64,000 nt of DNA. It comes from Deltaproteobacteria bacterium ADurb.Bin151 (GTDB lineage Bacteria > Desulfobacterota > Syntrophia > Syntrophales > Smithellaceae). This document shows positions 9,413 through 17,883 of the stretch, piece by piece. Positions within the stretch are counted from its first letter, which is position 1. Every line of letters begins with the position of its first letter. Where the stretch lies: assembly GCA_002070455.1 (NCBI GenBank), contig MWDG01000002.1:7062-71061 (forward strand). The letters run 5' to 3'. The position numbers were made by a program, and so were the translations under genes. Under the pieces are notes generated by a model that did no database searches, was not told the origin of the DNA, and saw only the letters and a list, made by a program, of their open reading frames with translations.

Positions 9413-11149
9413 CTATTGCCGGCTCCACAGATGATTTACTGTCTCGTTGATAAAGCAGAATTCATTATTACCGGTTTTTTTTATCCTGTGCATGGCCTCT
9501 TCAGACTGCCTGCTCAGTTGGTCCAGATCATCACCGTCGAAAGGACAAAGCGCGATTACGATGCTTGTACTGACGACAGCATGTTTCCCTTCGAAAAAAA
9601 AGGGTTGAGACATTAAATGGATGATATTTCTGGCAATTTGAGATGCGTTTTCAGGGGTATGGATCCCGTTTGCAATGATTAGAAACTCATCTGATCCGCC
9701 AAGGGCAACGGTATCGCTTTCACGAACACAGACAAGAAGACGCTTCACTACTTCTTTTAGCACATAATCTCCTGCGTCATCTCCCAGAGTATCGCTGATG
9801 GAATTAAGACCGTTGAGGCCTACAAACATCAGAGCCGTCAGATTCTTGTCCCGGCGCGCCCGAAGGATGGACATCGACAGGCGATCCTTAGCCAGCCTGA
9901 GTCCCGGCAACTTCTCCAGTAAATCATCATTTTGTGCTACAGTTTTCTTGCGCCAGGCTTCCAAATTCCCACCGCCTGTTGCCATCCCCTGCAGGTATGG
10001 ACTGGCCTTATCCGGATTAACCACAGGACATCCTGCTTCTATAAATGGTGCATATTTTCTGGCAGGGGCATATTTTTTGTTCAGGCAATCTTCTATTTCC
10101 GAAGCTCTTGCAAGGTAAAAAATAATATTTTTACCTCTGGGCAGTGCTTTCTCGATATTTTCAATGACAGACAAATGCGGGTCAGCCATAGCTGCGGTCA
10201 CTTTGGTTTTACTATTGCTCAAGACGATGATGTGATTCTCCAGAGCATACTTTTCGCCGATGGTCTTTTGCAGAGAAGGATTTACCTGATAATTCTTCAG
10301 TCCGACAATGGGCATGCTGTAATGCGCGGAAAGGGCATGGATATAATGTTCTTCGCCGATAACTCCGTTGTTCGCCAGCAATGTACCCAGAGGCATGTGC
10401 ACGCCCCTCTGTTTGAGCTGCGTCTGCTGCAGGAGATTATCGTCCAACTGCGCCGCGGTTATGATGTTCAGCTCAACAAGAACCTGTCCGAGTTGTTTTC
10501 TTTTGCTGCTGTAGTGAATCCCCTTGATGATTTTGGATTGAGGAAGCCCCATTTCACAAAGAATTTGTCCCAGATACTTGTTTGGTTCCTGTTTTTTCCT
10601 TTTCAGTGCCTCATCCAGATCGCGCGACGTGATCACTTTTTTCGAAAGAAGAATCTGACCAATTTTTTCATTCGAGGATTCGGCCTGTTTAATTTCTAAT
10701 TCGAGCTTTTTTGCGGCAGCCCTCAAATTACGCAGCGCATTTTGAAGATTGACCCGGGAATTAGACTGAAATGAACTCGTTTCAAAGGACAGTTGTCCCT
10801 GTGTACTGGCTGTTGCCTGCTTGTCCTGTTTGACAGCCTCTCCAAAACCCGATGACGAGACTTGCTTTTTATGTGGAATATTCCGGTCAGGATTCACCGG
10901 CAGGGATTCAGCCTGTTTAATTTTGCTTTCCAGACTCTTCGTTACAGCTGTCAGGCGGTTCAATGCTTGATGGAGATTTTCGTATGAAGGGGGCTTAGAA
11001 GAACTATTTTCAACTTTTTTTTGATATACTATTTCGTCCGATTCTTCTTTTTGACTTTTTACGGTCTCGCCCAAACCGGATCCAGAAGAATTCCTTTTAA
11101 ATGCAATTACCTGCCCAAGTTTGTCAGGCATTATATCAAACTTTTTCAT
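9413..11149 (-). CDS. MshEN/T2SSE_N-domain protein with C-terminal degenerate GGDEF domain
   Basis: 578 aa. MshEN-like motifs KIGQILLSKKVITSRDLDEAL, YLGQILCEMGL and QLGQVLVELNIITAAQLDDNL. A GspE_N-like block (IVLSNSKTKVTAAMADPHL...). The GGDEF domain has GSDEF (ALGGSDEFLII) at the active-site position. Confidence 0.8.
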   Translation of the reverse strand: MKKFDIMPDKLGQVIAFKRNSSGSGLGETVKSQKEESDEIVYQKKVENSSSKPPSYENLHQALNRLTAVTKSLESKIKQAESLPVNPDRNIPHKKQVSSSGFGEAVKQDKQATASTQGQLSFETSSFQSNSRVNLQNALRNLRAAAKKLELEIKQAESSNEKIGQILLSKKVITSRDLDEALKRKKQEPNKYLGQILCEMGLPQSKIIKGIHYSSKRKQLGQVLVELNIITAAQLDDNLLQQTQLKQRGVHMPLGTLLANNGVIGEEHYIHALSAHYSMPIVGLKNYQVNPSLQKTIGEKYALENHIIVLSNSKTKVTAAMADPHLSVIENIEKALPRGKNIIFYLARASEIEDCLNKKYAPARKYAPFIEAGCPVVNPDKASPYLQGMATGGGNLEAWRKKTVAQNDDLLEKLPGLRLAKDRLSMSILRARRDKNLTALMFVGLNGLNSISDTLGDDAGDYVLKEVVKRLLVCVRESDTVALGGSDEFLIIANGIHTPENASQIARNIIHLMSQPFFFEGKHAVVSTSIVIALCPFDGDDLDQLSRQSEEAMHRIKKTGNNEFCFINETVNHLWSRQ

Positions 11150-11193
11150 TGGCTTGCCCGCTTAAACCTATTTTTTTCCATGGAATATATACA

Positions 11194-11208
11194 GCAATAA
11201 AAGTGCCA
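11194..11208 (-). promoter_or_regulatory. Sigma-54 (-24/-12) promoter
   Basis: The minus strand reads TGGCAC-TTTTA-TTGC, a full match to the TGGCAC-N5-TTGC consensus. It lies about 45 nt upstream of the ATG at 11149. Confidence 0.65.
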
Positions 11209-11685
11209 CAGAATTTTTTTTTAGAAAAAATAGGGAACCTCGAGGATAGCATCATTCAATGTATGAGAAACAACCTGACCCATCAGGCTATTGTAATAGG
11301 ACAAACGGCGCGTTATTACTTGCCTATCTAATGATTACCTCAGGGAAAAAATTTCATCAAGCAGTTTTTTCGAGGAATTGCACATACAGGAAACCGTATT
11401 TAGCAAAAACACCCTTCGGAAAGAGGCTAGTACAACTAATTTACAAAACTGATTTCTGAAGGTGACTTTTGCAAAAAATTTTGAAGAAAGATCAACATTT
11501 TTTGTAGATCATCGAAGATAGGCCTGGCATAAACATAACGTTTCGTGACAGCTATAACGTCTATAGACTTTTAATTTAACTAGCATTTTATTTATTCATT
11601 CTCGGATTCTGCTTCAAACTTGAAAGATGAGAATCATAATAACCTTATGAAGTGTTTTTTTGAGATGAAAATGGGATTCCTTTTT

Positions 11686-13917
11686 TTATGGAAGAACATA
11701 TCTCTTCTCACGGAATAATTTTAAACAGGCCATGGCAATAGCCTCTTCATATAAGATTCCCCTGTTTTTCTCAATTTCTTCAAGGGCCGCATCAAGCCCC
11801 AGACTCGGACGATACGGACGGTGGGAAGCCATGGCTTCCACAACATCGGCCACGGCCATGATTCGGGCTTCTATAATAATTTCATCTCCCTTCAGGTTTC
11901 TAGGATAACCGGATCCGTTGATCCGCTCATGATGTTGATAGACAATTTCCGCCAGCGGCCAGGAAGATTCTACATGCTTCAGCATTTCGTAGCCGTTCTG
12001 AGCATGTTCCTTAATCATCGAAAATTCGATATTTGTCAGCTTCGAAGGCCTGGTCAATATCTCTGCCGGGACCGATAACTTTCCGATGTCGTGGATCGAA
12101 CCTGCCAGACGGATTCCTTCAATCTTATCCTGGGCTAACCCCATCTCCGAAGCGATTGCACAGGCCAAATGCGCAACCCGGGACTGGTGACCGGCCGTGT
12201 AGGGATCCCTGGCCTCCACGGCGGAAACCAGTACCTGAATGGTCGTACCGACTGCTTTCCTGAGGCTTTCGAGGGTCTGTTGAAGCTTTGTCTCTGTTTT
12301 TATGCGTTCAGTGATATCAATGCCCATCCCGATTACGCATTGTTTATTCTCGAATTCTATTAAATTACCGGTTAAAAAATGTGGTTTGACAGAGCCGTCC
12401 TTGCAAAGAATGCTCAATTCGGCAGACACATGTTTCGTGGATAAAACCTTTTCCATGGTTTTCTTCAGTGATACACGCTCGCTTTCCACAACAACATCCA
12501 GTGGTGTCATACGGGCAAGTTCTTCACCGGAATACCCGGTGACTGCGGTGAAGTATTCATTCCACCGGATGAAACGCCCCTGATCATCATACATGTAAAA
12601 CAGCGCCGTCAGGCTGTCTAGGGCGGCCCTGCTGAAATTGCTTTCCCGCTGCAAAGCTTCCTCCGCCTTCCTACGTTCGGTTATATCACGTCCAATTCCC
12701 TTGAATCCCCGAGGGTTTCCCTGATTGTCCCGGATCAGGGAAGCGACTACTTCAAAAAACCCCTCTTCCCCGTTCTTTTTCTTCAGGTTCCAGATAAAAG
12801 GTTTACCGGTTTGTCCCGTCTGGAAAATCTCTCCAAAATATTTCATGACCTGTCCAATACCATCGGGCACACTGATCTGTTTAAAAGACATCCCGAGCAG
12901 TTCCTCTTTAGTATATCCGCTCTTTTTACAGGATGACGGGTTAACAAATGTGATCATTCCCGTGATGTCAACTTCAAAGTAAACGTCCTCCATATCTTCG
13001 AGAATCTTTCTGAATTTCTCCTCGCTTTCCCGGAGGGCGTCCTCTGTCAGTTTGCGGTCGGTGATATCACGGGCAACGGAAATGATGGCAATGATCTGGC
13101 CATTGCTTATGATGGGGGACCCGCTGACCTCTCCATATCTGATGGTTCCATCCCTTGCGATAAACTGATAAATTGTCGCCGATATGGTATTCCCCTTTAA
13201 AATCAAATCCGTATCGATGATGGCCTGTTGAAGAGATTCCGGCGTAAGAATTTTTCCTAAATCAGTTACAGGTTTTCCGATGAAATCCTGCGGTTTATAC
13301 CCCATTACTTTCTCCACACTGGGAGACATGCTTAACACCTTGAGATCCTTGTCAATTGTATAGACCACATCCGTTACATGCTCAAAATAGAGCCTGTACT
13401 TTTCTTCTAACAAGCTAATGACTTGATTGGCTTCCTCCAGGTCCGATATTTTTTTATCAAGCTTTTTGAAAAGGGCTTCATTGTGCTTCCTTAAGAACTC
13501 CATTTCTTCCTCGGTGGATTTTGTGACCGCGGGTTTGCTGGTTTTCTTTTCTTTCAGAAGTTCACACAGGATATTGATCAGGACGTCCGGGACCTCGGGC
13601 TTGATGATGAACCGGTCGGCGCCAAGTGCCAGCGAAAATTTTTCGTCTTTTTCATCCGTGTAAGTGGCTGTGTAAAAAACAAACGGGATCTGTTTCAGTG
13701 TGTCATCCAGTTTGCAGGCCCGGCATAAAGCATACCCGTCCATCACCGGCATCAGGATGTCTGAAACAATAAGATGCGGGGGATTTAGACGCGCCTTGAC
13801 CAGGGCTTCTTCACCGTTTTCCGCCGAGATCACGTCAAAACCGTGTCCCGTGAGCAGACTCTCCAGCAGATACAGATTGTCACGATTATCATCGACAATT
13901 AACACGAGTCTAGTCAT
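11686..13917 (-). CDS. Response regulator with three PAS domains and an HD-GYP phosphodiesterase domain
   Basis: REC (LIVDDN...VISDILMPVMDG), three PAS-like segments, and HD-GYP (HDIGK ... HHERINGSGYPRNLKG). Start set at ATG 13917 (GGAGG 8 nt upstream) instead of the track start at 13947. Confidence 0.9.
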   Translation of the reverse strand: MTRLVLIVDDNRDNLYLLESLLTGHGFDVISAENGEEALVKARLNPPHLIVSDILMPVMDGYALCRACKLDDTLKQIPFVFYTATYTDEKDEKFSLALGADRFIIKPEVPDVLINILCELLKEKKTSKPAVTKSTEEEMEFLRKHNEALFKKLDKKISDLEEANQVISLLEEKYRLYFEHVTDVVYTIDKDLKVLSMSPSVEKVMGYKPQDFIGKPVTDLGKILTPESLQQAIIDTDLILKGNTISATIYQFIARDGTIRYGEVSGSPIISNGQIIAIISVARDITDRKLTEDALRESEEKFRKILEDMEDVYFEVDITGMITFVNPSSCKKSGYTKEELLGMSFKQISVPDGIGQVMKYFGEIFQTGQTGKPFIWNLKKKNGEEGFFEVVASLIRDNQGNPRGFKGIGRDITERRKAEEALQRESNFSRAALDSLTALFYMYDDQGRFIRWNEYFTAVTGYSGEELARMTPLDVVVESERVSLKKTMEKVLSTKHVSAELSILCKDGSVKPHFLTGNLIEFENKQCVIGMGIDITERIKTETKLQQTLESLRKAVGTTIQVLVSAVEARDPYTAGHQSRVAHLACAIASEMGLAQDKIEGIRLAGSIHDIGKLSVPAEILTRPSKLTNIEFSMIKEHAQNGYEMLKHVESSWPLAEIVYQHHERINGSGYPRNLKGDEIIIEARIMAVADVVEAMASHRPYRPSLGLDAALEEIEKNRGILYEEAIAMACLKLFREKRYVLP

Positions 13918-13992
13918 GGTCGGTTCCTCCCTGCTGGGCAGGTCCATCCTTCTCCCGGGTTGACCGGGCGATCCCTAAGTTGAAGATTACAG

Positions 13993-14004
13993 GATTATCG
14001 ATAG
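13993..14004. repeat. 12-nt exact repeat GATTATCGATAG, copy 1
   Basis: Identical 12-mer at 13993-14004 and 14098-14109. It contains the palindrome TATCGATA. Both copies lie upstream of the REC-PAS-HD-GYP gene. Confidence 0.6.
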
Positions 14005-14097
14005 CTTCCATCTGACACGCTGCACATGATCTGCATGCCAACAAGCAAGTTTATGATTTATTTGAATATTAACTTATACAAGCAGGGAACGCAAGCA

Positions 14098-14109
14098 GAT
14101 TATCGATAG
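14098..14109. repeat. 12-nt exact repeat GATTATCGATAG, copy 2
   Basis: See copy 1. This copy lies 4 nt downstream of the phosphoglucomutase stop codon (14113-14115). Confidence 0.6.
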
Positions 14110-14112
14110 TCT

Positions 14113-15813
14113 TTATATCATTTTCTCAAATCCTGCCGCGACGTTTTTCAGCCGATTTTCCGACTCCTCCCGAGTGGTTCCACGGACCGCATAGTATATC
14201 TTGATCTTCGGTTCCGTTCCTGAAGGACGAATGCAGATCCACGCCGAATTCTCCAGAATAAGCTTGATCGCGTCGGATGTGGGGAACTCCATATCTGTCA
14301 CCGTCCCGTCAGGCGCCGTTCTCTTGCCGGAAAGATAATCCTCCGTATAGCGCACTTTCAGATCACCCACCCTGGCAACCGGTTTTACGCGCAGCCCCGC
14401 CATGATTGACTTCATTTTCTCCATGCCGTCCAGTCCCTTGAAAGCAATATTCTTCACCCCGTCAAGATAGTAACCGTAAGTCTGGTAAAGCGTTTCCAGG
14501 ACATCAAGCAGGCTTTGGTTTCGCCCCCGGTAATACTGTGCCGCCTTGCATAAAAGCAGTGCTGCAAGTACCCCGTCTTTATCACGGGCAAACGTACCGG
14601 CCAGGAAGCCATAGCTTTCCTCAAACCCGAAGACGAACCCGTCATTGGTCTGTTCATTTTTCTTAATGAGTTCGGCAATAAAACGAAAACCCGTCATCAC
14701 CGTGTAAGACACAACACCGTAATGCTGCGCGATGACGTCAGCCATGTCGGTGGAGACAAAAGATTTGACAATATAATCCGACGACTGGAGCAGCCCCGAG
14801 GATTGCCGCTTTTCAAGCAGGTAATTTGTAAGCAGGCAGCCGATCTGATTGCCCGTCAGCATGATGTAGTTGCCGTCCTTACGGCGAACGGCAGCTCCCA
14901 TGCGGTCCGCGTCCGGGTCCGTGCCAATCGCCAGATCCGCTTTCAGGCGTGCCGCCAGGGCAAGGGCCATCTTCATCGCATCCGGGTCCTCCGGATTGGG
15001 GGAATTCACTGTCGGGAAAAGGCCATCCGGCATTCTCTGCTCCTCGACAATGAACAGGTTCCTGATTCCGGCGGCGGGGAAAACATTCTCAACCGTCCGC
15101 AATCCTGACCCGTGCAGCGGCGTATAGACAACCTGGAGACTCTCGTCCGGCTCATCACCACAGAGGGCAACCATGCTCTTATAATAAATCCGGTCAATCT
15201 CTTCGCCGATTTCACGGATCATGCCTGTCTTAACCCCCTCCTGATAACTGATCCTTTTGACATCCGTGAAAGGATCCCGCCTCTGTATGTTTTTCATGAC
15301 TTCCAGGCTTTCTTCGGGACCAAGCTGTCCCCCGTATGGGGAATACACTTTATATCCGTTGTATTCCCGGGGATTGTGACTGGCTGTGATAACGACGCCG
15401 CCGTCCGCTTTCAGATGCCGTACTGCGAAAGATAATTCGGGCACACTTGTCAACTGCTTGAAGATGCAGGCCTGAATGCCGTTGCCCGCGAACACACATG
15501 CGGTTTCCCTGGCGAATTCCGCTGAGAACTGCCTTGAGTCATAGGCGATGACCATGCACCGGCCTGATTTGCCGCCGGTTAAAAGATAATCGGCCAGGCC
15601 CTGTGTCGCCCGGCCAATCACATAACGGTTCATGCGCATGGTCCCGGCGCCGAGAACCCCCCGCAGCCCCGCTGTGCCAAAAGGCAGATCGCTGATAAAA
15701 CGTTCCCTGATCTGTGTGTCATCCCCCTGGATCGAATTGAGTTCCTTTAACAGGTAATCTTCATTAACCGAGTTTTTCCAACGTATATAAGTATTCTGGT
15801 AGCTCATCATCAT
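14113..15813 (-). CDS. pgm: Phosphoglucomutase/phosphomannomutase family protein
   Basis: 566 aa. Active-site loop TASHNPREYNGYKVY, metal loop GTDPDADR, sugar-binding loop GFEESYG. Confidence 0.9.
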   Translation of the reverse strand: MMMSYQNTYIRWKNSVNEDYLLKELNSIQGDDTQIRERFISDLPFGTAGLRGVLGAGTMRMNRYVIGRATQGLADYLLTGGKSGRCMVIAYDSRQFSAEFARETACVFAGNGIQACIFKQLTSVPELSFAVRHLKADGGVVITASHNPREYNGYKVYSPYGGQLGPEESLEVMKNIQRRDPFTDVKRISYQEGVKTGMIREIGEEIDRIYYKSMVALCGDEPDESLQVVYTPLHGSGLRTVENVFPAAGIRNLFIVEEQRMPDGLFPTVNSPNPEDPDAMKMALALAARLKADLAIGTDPDADRMGAAVRRKDGNYIMLTGNQIGCLLTNYLLEKRQSSGLLQSSDYIVKSFVSTDMADVIAQHYGVVSYTVMTGFRFIAELIKKNEQTNDGFVFGFEESYGFLAGTFARDKDGVLAALLLCKAAQYYRGRNQSLLDVLETLYQTYGYYLDGVKNIAFKGLDGMEKMKSIMAGLRVKPVARVGDLKVRYTEDYLSGKRTAPDGTVTDMEFPTSDAIKLILENSAWICIRPSGTEPKIKIYYAVRGTTREESENRLKNVAAGFEKMI

Positions 15814-15863
15814 TTCTCCGAATAGTTTTTCTCTTTTGTTTCTCGCGTGCTATGAAAATCCTG

Positions 15864-17861
15864 TCAGGCGATTTTCAGCCACACACCGTTTAGGGCTTTC
15901 ATCTTCATTTCCAGCAGGCCTTCCACGAGTGTGAACTGGTTCCCGCTCATCATGCAGCCAACCGTACGGTTCAACACGGGACGCAATAATCTCTGGTGTT
16001 CCCCGTCAAAAAGAGGGTTTCTGCCGAGAAAATCAAACACAACGTGCCGTGCCGTATCTGCACGATTGATTGCAACAAAATAGACCCCGTCGTCCGCCGG
16101 CCGGCCCAGCGCGTCGCAGCCGCCGATGACGTAGCGCAGCACCCCGATACAGTCGCTGTGGGGAGCGAAGAACACAACGCGCCCTGTCTGAAGCGCGTCG
16201 GCCGAATTTCGCAGCTGTGCCAGCTGCCTGTAGTCCCCGGTCATGTCGTACGGCGCATCCGTAAAAGGTTCCCGGTTAAAGGGATCGAGAAAACCGTTCA
16301 TGCCTTTTTCATCGCCGTAATAGACGCAGGGCACGCCGGGAAGGCAATACTGCAGCATCGCGGCAAGCCGCTGGCGCCTGGAACCTTTTTTGTTCTGGCT
16401 GTCACTGATCCTGAATGATGCCTGCTGTTCACGTGAAAGTTCATGAGGGTCGATCCGAACGCTGAGTGCAGTGCGCACCCGTTCTATATCATGCGAACTC
16501 AGCAGATTCATCAGAGCATAGTACATCGGTCGGGGATAATTGGCCGCCTGGTCCACCAGAAAGTTTTTCAGGTCACAGGCGTCTGAAACCCCGTTGAGAA
16601 AACCGATCACTGCATGGCGCAGCGGGTAGTTTGTTACGGAATCGAGCATGCCCCCAAGCGCATAATTACGCTTCGCGCCATAGCTGTATTTTGTTGTCGC
16701 GTCTTCCCATACCTCGCCGATGATCACAGATTCCGGGTCCGTCTCACGCGCCGCCCGATGCATCATGGCCAGCACGTCGTCAGGAATCTCATCGGCCACG
16801 TCCAGACGATATCCCTTCGCTCCGGCCCTGAGCCAGTGACGGATGACGCTGTTTTCATCCTTAATGACAAAACGTTGCCAACCCGGGTCGTGCTCATTGA
16901 CCTCAGGCAGTGATGCAAATCCCCACCAGCACCTGTAACGGTCGGGATAATGCTCAAAAGAATACCAGGAACAATACGGAGATTCCGGATGGTTTGCGGC
17001 ACCCGGCCCCTCGTATGTTTTTTCCCTGTTAAAATAGATGCTGTCGGAACCGGTGTGCGAAAAAACACCATCCAGAATAATGCGGATGCCCAGGGAAGAT
17101 GCACGGCGGCACAGCGACTCAAAATCCGCAACGGTGCCCAGAACCGGATCGATGCTGAAGTAATCGGCGGTGTTGTATCGATGGTTGGAAGCCGCTTCAA
17201 AGACCGGATTCAAATACACGACACTCACACCGAGACCCTGCAAATATCCGAGGGACTCTTCGATGCCCTTCAGGGTCCCCCCGAAGTAATCACAGGGATT
17301 GTAGTTTTTTTCTCCCGGCATCGGGGTAAAAAGAGGTCTTTCTTCCCATTCCTCGTGATAAAGAACCTGACGTCCCCTGGAGCGGTGATACTCGATGCCT
17401 TTTTCCGCCGTTCGGTCATTGCTGCGCCGGAATCGATCCGGGAAGATCTGGTACATCACGCTCTTCTGAAACCACGCAGGCACCTCGAACCCGGGATCGT
17501 ACACTGTGATCTGATACGCTGGCGGAGGCGCGCTGTAGACACAGCCCATTCCCCCGGTACGGCCTCCGCCGGTGCCGTAATAGCAGAGTTTGCCGCCGAC
17601 TTTGACCGTAAAATAATACCAGTACACACCGGACACGACCGGTGCACTGATCTGCACCTGCCAGTATTCATCCGACTGCTGCAGGAGATATTCCTCGCGT
17701 CTCCCCTCGCCAAACAAAAACAGATAAACGCCCTGCACGTTCTCCAGTCTTGTGCGGAAACGCAGGGTCAGGAGTGTTCCGGCGGTTACCGCCCCGACCG
17801 GATCACGAAATTCACACAGGGTTGAATCGTGCAGCATTTCCTTTCTGTAATTGATCAGCAT
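15864..17861 (-). CDS. GH13 alpha-amylase-family glycoside hydrolase (neopullulanase/debranching-like)
   Basis: GH13 regions DGVFSHT, GYRLDVADEI, IGEVWED and LLSSHD, plus an N-terminal starch-binding-type domain. The track start at 17897 is a TTG overlapping glgP, so I prefer ATG 17861. Confidence 0.85.
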   Translation of the reverse strand: MLINYRKEMLHDSTLCEFRDPVGAVTAGTLLTLRFRTRLENVQGVYLFLFGEGRREEYLLQQSDEYWQVQISAPVVSGVYWYYFTVKVGGKLCYYGTGGGRTGGMGCVYSAPPPAYQITVYDPGFEVPAWFQKSVMYQIFPDRFRRSNDRTAEKGIEYHRSRGRQVLYHEEWEERPLFTPMPGEKNYNPCDYFGGTLKGIEESLGYLQGLGVSVVYLNPVFEAASNHRYNTADYFSIDPVLGTVADFESLCRRASSLGIRIILDGVFSHTGSDSIYFNREKTYEGPGAANHPESPYCSWYSFEHYPDRYRCWWGFASLPEVNEHDPGWQRFVIKDENSVIRHWLRAGAKGYRLDVADEIPDDVLAMMHRAARETDPESVIIGEVWEDATTKYSYGAKRNYALGGMLDSVTNYPLRHAVIGFLNGVSDACDLKNFLVDQAANYPRPMYYALMNLLSSHDIERVRTALSVRIDPHELSREQQASFRISDSQNKKGSRRQRLAAMLQYCLPGVPCVYYGDEKGMNGFLDPFNREPFTDAPYDMTGDYRQLAQLRNSADALQTGRVVFFAPHSDCIGVLRYVIGGCDALGRPADDGVYFVAINRADTARHVVFDFLGRNPLFDGEHQRLLRPVLNRTVGCMMSGNQFTLVEGLLEMKMKALNGVWLKIA

Positions 17862-17883
17862 CCACCGCCGTCCTTTCCATCGT

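Noticed and set aside
11194-11212. GTGCCACAGAA string reminiscent of conserved RNase P / structured RNA segments
   Set aside because: No other RNase P conserved regions lie nearby. On the minus strand the sequence is a perfect sigma-54 -24/-12 element correctly placed before a gene.
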